The translations under genes were made by a program, and so were the position numbers. 39,612 bases of DNA from Polyangiales bacterium (GTDB taxonomy: Bacteria; Myxococcota_A; Polyangia; Polyangiales; Polyangiaceae): positions 1 to 39,612 of the forward strand of contig JBBRNJ010000080.1 in the NCBI GenBank assembly GCA_038230375.1, written 5' to 3'. Below are positions 1 to 8,856 of the stretch, in pieces. The number at the start of each line of letters is the position of its first letter. The first letter of the stretch is position 1. A model generated the notes under the pieces. That model had not been told where the DNA came from, did no database searches, and saw only the letters and a list, made by a program, of their open reading frames with translations.

Positions 1-1
1 A

Positions 2-160
2 GGAGCTCGCCACCGCATCGTTCGCGGCGTGATGGTCCGACGCATGTTGCTCCCGCGCTCTCGCTACCACGTGTTCTTCTGGCATGACCGCACAGGCGAC
101 GTCGTCGAGGTGCTTGCGGTGTGGCACGGCGCGCGCGGCAGGGGGCCCACTCTCATCTGA
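2..160 (+). CDS. Type II toxin-antitoxin RelE/ParE-family toxin, C-terminal part (5'-truncated by the window edge)
   Basis: Not in the ORF track. Frame 2 reads ...VRRMLLPRSRYHVFFWHDRTGDVVEVLAVWHGARGRGPTLI*, matching the ParE C-terminal pattern RR..l.r.rYhvyy....vevLavwHgaR. Confidence 0.75.
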   Translation, partial: GARHRIVRGVMVRRMLLPRSRYHVFFWHDRTGDVVEVLAVWHGARGRGPTLI

Positions 161-330
161 CCGAAGGGTTTCTGCACCCCTCCCTGAGCGGGCTTGGCCC
201 GGAGTCGAAGAGGACCAGTGGCTGCGCGCCGATGGGGACTCCACAACGTGTGCGGATCGGCGTCGAGCGCGACTGATGGCAATGCCTCTCTCCACCGCTG
301 GCGGCGGCGTGATGTCGTGACCAGGCAACT

Positions 331-1176
331 TCACTTCGCGAGGGCCGCGATCTCCGGGGCGGAGAGGGCTCGGTTGTACATCCTCACTTCGTCGATCGAG
401 CCGACCACGTAGTCGTTGCTTTCGCCGCATCCAATGCGGAATCGGGCTGTCGGATCGTCCAGGATCGCAGATGGCGGTGCTCCTGCGGAGCCCGAAAGGA
501 CTCCGTTGATCCAGACCTCGGTGCGGCTGGACGCAGCGAAGACGGCCGCGACGTGCATCCATGTGCCAAGTGGTTGATTCCCCGACGCAGGAGCGACGGC
601 GCCTGCGGGCGTTCCAATCTTGAAGGACACGGTGGGGTTCTGCGCCTCCCAGGCAACCCGCCAACCGTGATTCGTGGGTGCTCCGTTTGCCTTGCCCACC
701 AGGTACTCAGCGGTTCCAGTGGTCATCGCGATATTGACCCAGAGCGCCACTGTGAAGTCCCCGTTCTGCACAAACGAGGCGTCGGCGCCCAGGTCCACGC
801 AGCCGTTGCCTTTGAGCTGCAGCGCGCCGCCGATCTTTCCATTGCCAAACCCGCCGTTCGTGACGACGCCATCGTGGCCGTTACCGGAGCAGTCGCGAGC
901 TCCTGTATTGTCATCGAACGGGTAGTACGCAACGAGCCCCGGCTGCTGCAGGTTGCAGGGTCCCGCGTCGGCAACCGCGGCGTCCACCTGGAGGAGGCCT
1001 GCGTCGTCGCTCGTCGCGTCCATGTCGCCCGCGTCAGGGATCGTGAAGACGCTTCCATCGCCGGGCGCGGCATCCGCGGCTCCGCCCGAATCTGTCGAAT
1101 ACGAAGAGCTGCACGCGGCCGCGCCGAGTACGACAAGGGCGAGCGCTGTTGCAGCGAAGGGCGCGACCGACGTCAT
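331..1176 (-). CDS. LamG/concanavalin-like jelly-roll domain lipoprotein
   Basis: Lipobox GAAAC, then a DAG-rich linker, then LamG motifs: GLVAYYPFDD, FTVALWV, WMHVAAV, WINGV, GSIDEVRMYNRALSAPEI. Start placed at ATG 1176 (MTSVAPF). Confidence 0.88.
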   Translation of the reverse strand: MTSVAPFAATALALVVLGAAACSSSYSTDSGGAADAAPGDGSVFTIPDAGDMDATSDDAGLLQVDAAVADAGPCNLQQPGLVAYYPFDDNTGARDCSGNGHDGVVTNGGFGNGKIGGALQLKGNGCVDLGADASFVQNGDFTVALWVNIAMTTGTAEYLVGKANGAPTNHGWRVAWEAQNPTVSFKIGTPAGAVAPASGNQPLGTWMHVAAVFAASSRTEVWINGVLSGSAGAPPSAILDDPTARFRIGCGESNDYVVGSIDEVRMYNRALSAPEIAALAK

Positions 1177-1183
1177 TCCCTGA

Positions 1184-2788
1184 TCATAGCAACTCGGATG
1201 CACCCGGCGTGCTCGAGGCGCTCTCGGGCGTCTGATTCGGTGCCTCCAGAATTCCGAGCTCGAGGTATTTGCCGAGGCGATCCAGAAGCAATTCATCGAT
1301 CGCTCGAAGAATCGCGGCCACTTGTTCTTCAGCGTTGTCGACGATGCGGTCGCCGATCCTGAGACGCAGCACATTCCGTGCAGCGAAGTCGTGAACCCAC
1401 GAGGGGCGGGCTTGAACGCTGACCTCCGTGATCACACGGATCGCGAGAGCCTCCAGCGCGGAGATCGGAAACGCCGTTCCCGCCGTGGTCGAGACCATCA
1501 CCAGCGGCATCTCCGTGGAAACGCGCTTGATGATCATCTGGTTGTAGGTCGACGGAAGCACGTAGCGCTCGGCCGTGACGCGTGGACGAGCGGCTGCCGC
1601 GAGTGGAATCACACGCTCGACGACGATGAGCTTCATGATCGCGGCGCGAAGCTTCTCCATGGGGATGCCCGCAAACGCTTCGAGATGTGAGATGTGCCGC
1701 AGGACGACCGGCCCGTCCTCGAGCGCGGAGTTCAATCCGTCGATCAAAGGAGCATCCAGTGACACGGTTCGGTGCCTGAGCTCCACGCTTCGCAGCTCCC
1801 TTGCAGCATGGTGAGGCGCGTACCATGGCGTGGAGTCCAGGTACTCGTTCGTTACCTCGGCGCTACGCGGAACCACACCTTTGACGTAGACGTCGTTTCG
1901 GAAGAATTCGTTGACCGCGTAGTCCTTGAGGCTTTCGAACGCGATGCGATCCGTCACGCTGGAAAGCAAGCTCTCCACGGCCGCGGGGACCGCAAGCTCA
2001 CGGTAGTTGAGATAGGTAGGCAGTACGCCCACGAAGTGCAGATCATGAGACTTCATCTGCCAGGCGACATGGGCAAAGTACATGGGCGCCCAATGTTCAT
2101 GCATGTACTCATGAACCACGTAGGGAAGACCCGTGCGCTCCATGGTGCCTATCATCTCGGACGCCACGGGGTTCTTTCGAAAGTACTCGGCCCCCGCCCC
2201 CGACATGGCGGCCGCGAAGGTGAGCCCCCGCGCCGCGCGATCCAGTGTGCTCGAGGAGGTTGGCGTGGTGATCGCTCCCCCCTCGTCGATCGGCGACAAG
2301 AGAAGCTGTCTGAGTGGCTCCACCGCAGCCCACCCCGGCATGGCGTTGTAGCTCACGTAGAGCAACCCGCCGGGCTTCAACTTCCGCTGTGCGAATTGCA
2401 TGAGCGCGCGGCGCTTTTCGGGACCGACCCAGCTCAGCACCCCGTGCGCTGCTATGAAGTCGAACTCGCCAGTGTCCTCGTCCATCAACTCCGCAAAGTC
2501 GCGCTGGAGAAATCCGATGTTCGTGAGCCCACCACCGCGGGAGAGCCGTCGGGCGGATGCGATGTGATCGGCGTTGATGTCGACGCCCAGAAAGCGCCCC
2601 TCCGGATGCGCCGCGGCGAGCGCTGCCACCGTATCGCCATGCCCACAGCCAAGCTCGCAATAGTCGAAATCGAGCGACGAAGGCGGTGTGACACCATTCA
2701 ACGCAGCGATCATTCGAAGGCGCCCCGGAGAAAGTTCGCTCACGAACTGACGCAAGTACGGAACGTCGCCTACATACTCGTCTGTCAC
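1184..2788 (-). CDS. Class I SAM-dependent methyltransferase with methyltransferase regulatory domain
   Basis: SAM motif I YCELGCGHG, GVDINADH, FDFIAAHGVLSWV, LKPGGLLYVSYNAMPGW, and YVVHEYM typical of MethyTransf_Reg proteins. GTG start at 2788 or 2794 is uncertain. Confidence 0.85.
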   Translation of the reverse strand: MTDEYVGDVPYLRQFVSELSPGRLRMIAALNGVTPPSSLDFDYCELGCGHGDTVAALAAAHPEGRFLGVDINADHIASARRLSRGGGLTNIGFLQRDFAELMDEDTGEFDFIAAHGVLSWVGPEKRRALMQFAQRKLKPGGLLYVSYNAMPGWAAVEPLRQLLLSPIDEGGAITTPTSSSTLDRAARGLTFAAAMSGAGAEYFRKNPVASEMIGTMERTGLPYVVHEYMHEHWAPMYFAHVAWQMKSHDLHFVGVLPTYLNYRELAVPAAVESLLSSVTDRIAFESLKDYAVNEFFRNDVYVKGVVPRSAEVTNEYLDSTPWYAPHHAARELRSVELRHRTVSLDAPLIDGLNSALEDGPVVLRHISHLEAFAGIPMEKLRAAIMKLIVVERVIPLAAAARPRVTAERYVLPSTYNQMIIKRVSTEMPLVMVSTTAGTAFPISALEALAIRVITEVSVQARPSWVHDFAARNVLRLRIGDRIVDNAEEQVAAILRAIDELLLDRLGKYLELGILEAPNQTPESASSTPGASELL

Positions 2789-2808
2789 CGGCACACCCCG
2801 CGCTGTCC

Positions 2809-3369
2809 TCACTTCTTCTTGAACTTGAGCCCGTCGCAGCTCGGCTGCGTGTCGCTCGCCGGCTTCACGTCGGTGGCCGCGCACGTGGACACGCTGGCCT
2901 CACCGTTGGCGCAGGCAGAGCCGAACGCGCCCTTACCGCAGTAGCAGTGCGAGTGGTCCGTTGCAGCACAGCACCACTCGTACTTGGATTTGGTGCACTG
3001 AGAGTCCGTCGCCGAGCTCTGGTTGACCTGGCAGTAGCAAGGAGCCGACTGATCGTTGCACGTCACCTTGAAGATCGTGCAGAAGCACTGGTCAGTGGTG
3101 CCGTCGAGCGTCTGGTTGGTGTTGCACGCGAGCGGTCCCGCGGATGCTTCGTTGCAGCCCGACACCTTCTTCACGCTCGCCGCGGACATCTGGCTGTCCT
3201 TGTTCTCGGCGTAGCAGATGCAGGAGTTGGCGCCGACGTCCAGGTAGCAACTGGGTGTGACCACGCCATCCGCGCCCGCGTCACTGCCGCTGATCGAGCT
3301 GAGCGAGCAGGCCGCCGCGAGGAACCCGAACGCCATCACCAAACCACAGACGAGCACCAAGCGCTTCAT
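2809..3369 (-). CDS. Cys-rich lipoprotein, unknown function
   Basis: MKR plus hydrophobic helix plus LAAAC lipobox; mature part has many Cys (CxC, CC). Confidence 0.8.
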   Translation of the reverse strand: MKRLVLVCGLVMAFGFLAAACSLSSISGSDAGADGVVTPSCYLDVGANSCICYAENKDSQMSAASVKKVSGCNEASAGPLACNTNQTLDGTTDQCFCTIFKVTCNDQSAPCYCQVNQSSATDSQCTKSKYEWCCAATDHSHCYCGKGAFGSACANGEASVSTCAATDVKPASDTQPSCDGLKFKKK

Positions 3370-3473
3370 GGGCGCATCCTCTCAAAGGTGGGCCTTCGCG
3401 GCAAGCTGCGCAGCCGAAGGCATGGGTGGTGTCATCAATCACGCGAAGAGCTATGCTTTGCCGGTGGGTCACG

Positions 3474-4724
3474 GTGTCGCCGGTCGAAGAAGCGTTTCGT
3501 AAGTCCAGCGCCGGGCTCGTCGCGTCCATCACGCACCTGCTTGGGCCGGCGCGCCTGGATCTGGTGGAGGCGGTCGTTCAGGAAGCGTTTGCGCGCGCCG
3601 TGACCGATTGGAAGACCGGCGTGCCGCAGAACCCTGCGGGCTGGCTTCACGCCGTCGCGAAGAATCTGGCGCTCGATCACATGCGACGTGAGCGCTCGTT
3701 TCGCGATCGCGAAGACGACGTCGCGCGCCACGTGGAGAGCGACAGCAGCGCGCAGTTTGGCGCCGGCAGCGAAGGCACGCTTCTTCGCGGCGAGCTGGAC
3801 GAAGAGCTCACGATGATCTTCGTGGCGTGTCATCCGGTGAACAGCGCGGCATCGCAGGTGGCGCTGGCGCTACGTACGCTGTGCGGCTTCGACGTGCCTG
3901 CGATCGCGCGTGCGCTGTTCTCGACCGAGGAGGCGATCGACAAGCGCCTGGTGCTCGCGCGCAAGCGGCTTCGTGATGCCGACATCGCGTTCGAGCTTCC
4001 AAAAGCCGAAGATCTGGCCGCGCGCCTGGACGCGGTGCTCGTGGTTCTGTACCTGCTCTTCAACGAGGCCTACTGGGGAACCAGCGGCCCGGACATCGTG
4101 CAAGAGGACATCGCAGCAGACGCCGTGCGTCTCGCAACGGTGCTGGCCGACCACGAAGCGACACGCCGCCCGCGCGTCCTGGCGCTCCTTGCGTTGATGC
4201 ACTTTCACGCTGCGCGTTTCCCCGCGCGGGTGAGCGAGTCCGGAGACCTCGTGACGCTGCGCGAGCAAGATCGTTCGAAGTGGGATCAGGCGCAGATTGC
4301 CCTCGGACTCCGCTGCCTGGCGGACTCGGCGGAGGGCGCAGAGGACAGCACGTACCACTACGAGGCTGCGATCGCCGCGCTTCACGTCACCGCCGCGTCG
4401 CACGAAACCACCGACTGGGCCCGCGTCGTAAACTTCTACGACGCGCTGCTCGCGCTTGCATCCTCGCCGGGTGCGCGGTTGAGCCGTGCGATAGCGGCTG
4501 GATTCCGCGACGGTCCTGCGCGCGCGATCGAGGAGCTCGAGGCGCTCAGAGACGAGCCTCTGTGCCAGGAGCTCTCCTCATTCCACGCCGCGCGGGCAGA
4601 GGCGCTCGTGCGCGGTGCAGACCTTCCGAGCGCGCGCGCGGCGTATGAGCGCGCCTTTTCGCTATCCGTGAATCCGCACGAGCGACGCTGGATCAGCGGT
4701 CGCATCGCCGCCTTCACCCCATGA
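3474..4724 (+). CDS. ECF sigma factor with long TPR-like C-terminal extension (ECF42-type)
   Basis: Region 2 EAVVQEAF..A...W...P.NPAGWL..VAKNLALD; MIFVACHP; QVALALRTLCGF; VLYLLFNEAY; QDRSKWD; YHYEAAIAALH; adjacent YCII gene. Start approximate. Confidence 0.9.
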   Translation: MSPVEEAFRKSSAGLVASITHLLGPARLDLVEAVVQEAFARAVTDWKTGVPQNPAGWLHAVAKNLALDHMRRERSFRDREDDVARHVESDSSAQFGAGSEGTLLRGELDEELTMIFVACHPVNSAASQVALALRTLCGFDVPAIARALFSTEEAIDKRLVLARKRLRDADIAFELPKAEDLAARLDAVLVVLYLLFNEAYWGTSGPDIVQEDIAADAVRLATVLADHEATRRPRVLALLALMHFHAARFPARVSESGDLVTLREQDRSKWDQAQIALGLRCLADSAEGAEDSTYHYEAAIAALHVTAASHETTDWARVVNFYDALLALASSPGARLSRAIAAGFRDGPARAIEELEALRDEPLCQELSSFHAARAEALVRGADLPSARAAYERAFSLSVNPHERRWISGRIAAFTP

Positions 4725-4727
4725 AGC

Positions 4728-5087
4728 TCACGGCGTGACCGGGAACGGCGCGATCTCTCGTACCTCCACGGAGCCGCCGATCGCCACCAGAGGGCAGTCG
4801 GCGGCCAGCGCCACAGCGGCATCCATGTCCTTCATCTCGACCACGAAGAGACCAGACACCATCTCCTTCATCTCCGCGTAGGGTCCGTCGACAACGACGG
4901 TGTCGTGCTTTCTACGCACGATCTTGCCGCCGTCGTCCATCAGGCTCTCCACAGCAAGAAGCTCCTTCCGCGACTTGATCTCCTCGGTCCACGTGACGAA
5001 GCGCTCGAAGAGCTCCTTCTTCTGTGTGTCGCCGAGGGTCCGGAGGTCGACGGTGTCGCCGCGGAGCAGCAGGAGATATTTGGCCAT
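4728..5087 (-). CDS. YCII-related (DGPF) protein
   Basis: MAKYLLLL...VVDGPYAEMKEMVSGLFVVE...CP....GSVEVREI, the DGPF/YCII signature. Confidence 0.9.
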   Translation of the reverse strand: MAKYLLLLRGDTVDLRTLGDTQKKELFERFVTWTEEIKSRKELLAVESLMDDGGKIVRRKHDTVVVDGPYAEMKEMVSGLFVVEMKDMDAAVALAADCPLVAIGGSVEVREIAPFPVTP

Positions 5088-5126
5088 GGTGGGTTCTTTC
5101 GGAGCTCGTCGATTGCCGACTGGCGC

Positions 5127-5528
5127 TCAGGCCAGATCCTTCTTCTCGTCCAGGTATGCGCGAAGCGGCGTCCAGTATCGCTCCTCCCAGCCCTTGTTCA
5201 AGTGCTCGTACGCCTCGTCGGGGACGGACGTCTGCGTGAACGTGACCTTGGTGCCCGCGCCGTCTGCCGCAAGCGCGTACGTGGCGATCGTGAAGACGCC
5301 ATCGGGCAGATTCTTGGGCCGCCACGCCTGCACGATGCGCGCGTCCTTCGCGAGGTCCAGATTGATCCCCGTCACCATGCCGCCGTATGCGCTGGTGGTG
5401 CCGCCCACGCGTGCGTCGACCTCGGCGGGGGCGCCCGTGAATGCAGCATGCTTCTTCGAGTCCATGAGCGCCGCGTAGACGCGTGAGGGGGAGGCCTTGA
5501 AGGTGACGACGTGTTCGATGGTCTTCAT
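5127..5528 (-). CDS. SRPBCC/AHSA1 (START-like) domain protein
   Basis: ASPSRVYAALMD, VDARVGG, RIVQAWR, GTKVTFTQ..VP, GWEERYW; SD AAGGAAG upstream. Confidence 0.9.
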   Translation of the reverse strand: MKTIEHVVTFKASPSRVYAALMDSKKHAAFTGAPAEVDARVGGTTSAYGGMVTGINLDLAKDARIVQAWRPKNLPDGVFTIATYALAADGAGTKVTFTQTSVPDEAYEHLNKGWEERYWTPLRAYLDEKKDLA

Positions 5529-5574
5529 GATTTTCTTCCTTGATGGTGGGCGATTCCGCCCGGTTCATGAAGCA

Positions 5575-5601
5575 GACGAACGACCCGCCCATCGGAGGAC
5601 A
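5575..5601 (-). promoter_or_regulatory. Putative ECF sigma promoter for the SRPBCC-YCII operon
   Basis: Minus strand reads TGTCCT-N17-CGTC (= TGTC-N19-CGTC), about 46 nt upstream of ATG 5528; resembles TGTC.../CGTC promoters of ECF41/ECF42 factors. Confidence 0.55.
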
Positions 5602-5730
5602 TCCGCCATGCGATTTCTTGAAGATCGCACCAAGGGGCGTGCGCGATGTCCATGACACGGTTGCCAGGGAGATCGTTCGTAGCGAGTGATTGCAGCGGGA
5701 ATTCCGGCGCAAGGTAGCTTGGAAGTTTCT

Positions 5731-5746
5731 TGGCGTGACAGTTGCA
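5731..5746 (+). promoter_or_regulatory. Putative sigma54 promoter
   Basis: TGGCGT-gacag-TTGCA, exact GG-N10-GC spacing, 12 nt before ATG 5759. Confidence 0.65.
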
Positions 5747-5758
5747 CTTGCGGGCCCC

Positions 5759-6571
5759 ATGGAAGCTGGCGCACCGCGGGAACTCTTCGAGCTCACGCTC
5801 ACGGGGGGCCCGGCCGAGGCGCTCTACCGGAGAGCCCGCCCTGAGGTCGAACGGCTGCCATGGGGAAAAGCGCTCGGTGTGCGTGTGACGTCGGCGCAGC
5901 GAATGGCTGCGCGCCAGCAGTGGACGATCGCCGCTCTTCAAGAGTACCAGAGCGCCTCGGCGCAGGCCGCGGTTCTGGCTGCGCTGGTGCGCGCACGCGT
6001 TCCGCTCGACCTGAGCGCGATGGCGGCCCGTTTTCCGATCGACGAACTCACTCACGCAGAGGTCTGCGCGCGCATGGCCAATGAGCTCGGCGGCGGCACG
6101 CCTGTTTCGTACGACGCCGAACAGGTCTTTCGAGCCCCTCCGCCGACCAAGCGTAGGCCGCTTCTGGAAGCGACTATCTTGGTTGCAAGACTGTTTGGCG
6201 TGGCAGAGGGTTGGTCATACGGCTTCATTCACGGGCTGCTCGCCGAGGCACGCGTCCCACTGCTGCGCGCGGTATGGCGAGCGCTGCTACGTGACGAGGC
6301 GATGCACGCACGGTTCGCCTGGATGTTTCTCTCGTGGGCCCGCGCCGAGCTCACTGCAGACGAGTGGTCCGAGGTGCAATCTGGAGTACGCGCCAGCGTT
6401 GCCACCATGGTTGGGAGTTGGCAAAGCACGGCGACGCTCGCGCCTGAGGCCTTCAGTTGCGTGAGCCCACTCGGCGTGGGGGACCGCGAGACGTACCGGC
6501 GCCGTGCCGAGCTTGCGCTTTCCAAGTTTGTCGTTGCGCGGTTCCAGCGCGTGGGAATCTCCACGACCTGA
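5759..6571 (+). CDS. Ferritin-like (di-iron four-helix bundle) protein
   Basis: QEYQS ... DELTHA ... AEG ... DEAMHA gives the E/ExxH/E/ExxH ligand pattern. Confidence 0.8.
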   Translation: MEAGAPRELFELTLTGGPAEALYRRARPEVERLPWGKALGVRVTSAQRMAARQQWTIAALQEYQSASAQAAVLAALVRARVPLDLSAMAARFPIDELTHAEVCARMANELGGGTPVSYDAEQVFRAPPPTKRRPLLEATILVARLFGVAEGWSYGFIHGLLAEARVPLLRAVWRALLRDEAMHARFAWMFLSWARAELTADEWSEVQSGVRASVATMVGSWQSTATLAPEAFSCVSPLGVGDRETYRRRAELALSKFVVARFQRVGISTT

Positions 6572-6772
6572 TCCCGCTACCCAAGCCCGGCGCGCGGAAG
6601 CAGCCGGTAGGTCGCTTAGGGAAGGACAGACTGACACCACGGCGGAGGTGACAAGGTTGCGCACCCGGAACGAGATGACTCGTTGGAGGCAACGATTCTG
6701 GTGACGAAGGTGCGCCATCCACACAAGTGAGGGCACGCTGGCGACGTCCGCCCGTACTTGTCCGAGGTCTAC

Positions 6773-7270
6773 ATGAAGCTCTTGCCTATCGTCGCTCTGT
6801 CGCTCCTCGCGCTTCCCGTTGTTTCGGCAGCCTGTGTGGCCGGCGTCGAGACGGGGCCGCAGGTTCCTCCCACCGACCGCCAGGACAGCGGTGCGTCGGG
6901 GGACGACGCAGCCACGGCTGACGCGACGTTCGCAAGAACCAAGGCGTGCGGCGAGATGGTCTGCCTTGACGAGGATGAATGCTGCAGCATGACCTGCTGC
7001 CAACCCCGCAAGTGGGACGCTGGAACGAGCGCTCCCGGCACGTGTACCGCAGGCATGCTCGGATCGATCGAGCGATACTGCGTTGGCGCAGGGTCCGGTA
7101 GCTACTTCACGGGTCTCCTGGATTTTGCGTGCGCGCGCACCGACGCCAACGCGCCGGATCGGGCCCAGAAGATCGGTGCCTTCTGCGAGGCGCACAAGGT
7201 CGGCAAGATCACGCATGCAGGTGTCCCCGACAGCGACGATGGCTTCTATTGCTACTGCTTCGCGAGCTGA
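6773..7270 (+). CDS. Cys-rich lipoprotein, unknown function
   Basis: SD GAGGT, signal peptide with VSAAC lipobox, CC pairs, C-terminal FYCYCF. Confidence 0.75.
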   Translation: MKLLPIVALSLLALPVVSAACVAGVETGPQVPPTDRQDSGASGDDAATADATFARTKACGEMVCLDEDECCSMTCCQPRKWDAGTSAPGTCTAGMLGSIERYCVGAGSGSYFTGLLDFACARTDANAPDRAQKIGAFCEAHKVGKITHAGVPDSDDGFYCYCFAS

Positions 7271-8163
7271 GCGGCGATCGCGACTCTGGATACACTGAGG
7301 AGTCGCGCGTGGACTCCCGAGTCGGGCGCACAGCTGTCTTCCCAGTTGGGCGACGCAAGTGGGCGAGGGCCGCACCCGGTGACGACGACGACGGGAACGT
7401 GGAAGGACGTGTGGCGACACACGCGCGCAACGCTCAAGCGAACGATCGCGAGCAGTCCGCCGGCGTGTTCCGGAATCGCGACGTTGCGCCCGTCGACCCG
7501 CCGCTCTATGTCGCGAGTGACCTCACGCCACGCGGCCTCGGAATCACCCTGCACTTCGACGCGCGACCGTCCGCCGCGCTTCACGAAGACGCGAACGTCG
7601 AAGATGCCCTCTGCGGGCACTACGGTCGATCGCTCCATGGCCGCAAGGACCTCTGGGGCGATCTCACCGCCGTGACCAAGACCGCGCGCGGCGTCAACGT
7701 GATCAAGGTCAACGACGAGTTGCGCGCCTGGCGAGCACGCCGCTCCACCGTTCGTGCGCGCGGCATTCGGGCTGATCGCGTTCCCGGCCTCGATGGGCGT
7801 CCGTCTCGCGGCGTTCGTGGCGTTGGCGCTCAGGATCCGCGTGGTGAGCTCCATCGCCGTTTCGTGGCCTGCACCGGAGGTCGTGTCGAACTCCCACCCT
7901 CGGTCGGGAGCGACGTTGCCCTTGGCGTGGGTTGGTGCCGGAGTCGTCGCGTGGGCAGGCGCGCCGCGCGGAGTCTTCGCGGCTCGCGCTTCGGGCGCGC
8001 CGAGGAGGAGCGGCGTGTGCAGATCGGGCGCTGCAACGCTCTGGCCTCGAGGCGCCGCAAGGAGCTGGACCGCGAGCGCGCCGTGAGCGGCGAATGCGAG
8101 AGCGATGCAGCCGAACACGACACCAGTCCTCGTCGCGCCCGTGGATGCCGTCCCTCGCGCCAT
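7252..8163 (-). CDS. Membrane-anchored hypothetical protein with Pro/Ala-rich linker
   Basis: N-terminal hydrophobic helix (IALAFAAHGALAVQLL), low-complexity linker, globular C-terminus. Start uncertain. Confidence 0.55.
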   Translation of the reverse strand: MARGTASTGATRTGVVFGCIALAFAAHGALAVQLLAAPRGQSVAAPDLHTPLLLGAPEARAAKTPRGAPAHATTPAPTHAKGNVAPDRGWEFDTTSGAGHETAMELTTRILSANATNAARRTPIEAGNAISPNAARTNGGAACSPGAQLVVDLDHVDAARGLGHGGEIAPEVLAAMERSTVVPAEGIFDVRVFVKRGGRSRVEVQGDSEAAWREVTRDIERRVDGRNVAIPEHAGGLLAIVRLSVARVCRHTSFHVPVVVVTGCGPRPLASPNWEDSCAPDSGVHARLLSVSRVAIAAQLAKQ

Positions 8164-8364
8164 GCCCACGAAGCAGCAAGCGATATGCTGGCGCGAAATC
8201 GGCTTGAAGCGCCGCCAGTCCGCGCGCCGTTCGCGCGAATCGCCCTGTTCGAACGGGCCCCCATCAGCGATCTGCAAGCATGCTCAGGAGCTTCAGACCG
8301 CTGCCGGAGCTATCGGCCATTGATCGCGCGACGCCGCCCAGGAAGTGACACAATCGGCCGCGTC

Positions 8365-8856
8365 ATGGCGAAAGCGGAAGGCACTGGAACACCGATGACA
8401 TTTCGAGCGGCCAGGTTGGGCCCGTCAGACACGATGCAGGCACGACGGCTCTTCGCGGTGATGGCAACCGTCTTCGAGGAGCCGAACGAAGAGCTGAGCA
8501 ACGCATATGTCGAACGCCTTCTCGCGCGCCCAGAATTCTGGGCGATCGCGGCGTTCTCGGGCGACGACGAGGTCATCGGCGGGCTCACTGCGCACACGCT
8601 GGCGATGACCAGGTCGGAGGCTCCGGAAATTTTCATCTACGACGTCGCCGTCCGCGAGGACCATCAGCGTCGGGGCGTAGGACGGCTCCTCATACGCCAG
8701 CTCCGGATGGAGGCAGCGGCCATGGGCATACGAGACCTGTTCGTACCGGCCGACGACGAAGACGTGCATGCACTCGACTTCTATCGGGCGCTGGGGGGCG
8801 TGGCGGCATCGGTCACGATCTTCACCTGGTCGGGGGAAGACGGCTCGCGCGGATAG
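8365..8856 (+). CDS. GNAT acetyltransferase, AAC(3)-I-like
   Basis: VIGGLTAHTL...EIFIYDVAVREDHQRRGVG...LFVPADDEDVHALDFYRALG resembles AAC(3)-I EIYIYDLAV..EHRRQGIA...YVQAD.GD..A..LY..LG. Start 8365 or 8395. Confidence 0.85.
   Translation: MAKAEGTGTPMTFRAARLGPSDTMQARRLFAVMATVFEEPNEELSNAYVERLLARPEFWAIAAFSGDDEVIGGLTAHTLAMTRSEAPEIFIYDVAVREDHQRRGVGRLLIRQLRMEAAAMGIRDLFVPADDEDVHALDFYRALGGVAASVTIFTWSGEDGSRG

Noticed and set aside
6572..6720. GGAAGCAGCC (6596-6605) and short hairpins suggesting SRP RNA
   Set aside because: Lacks the CAGG-NCC-GGAA-GG-AAGCAG helix-8 arrangement; short stems are expected at this GC content.
8175..8190. sigma54-like CAGCAT-N5-TTGCT upstream of 8163
   Set aside because: Lacks the essential -24 GG.
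7129..8364. 575-aa ORF read as a long N-terminal extension of the GNAT
   Set aside because: Arg-rich antisense shadow of the minus-strand gene 7252-8163; GNAT similarity starts near 8365.
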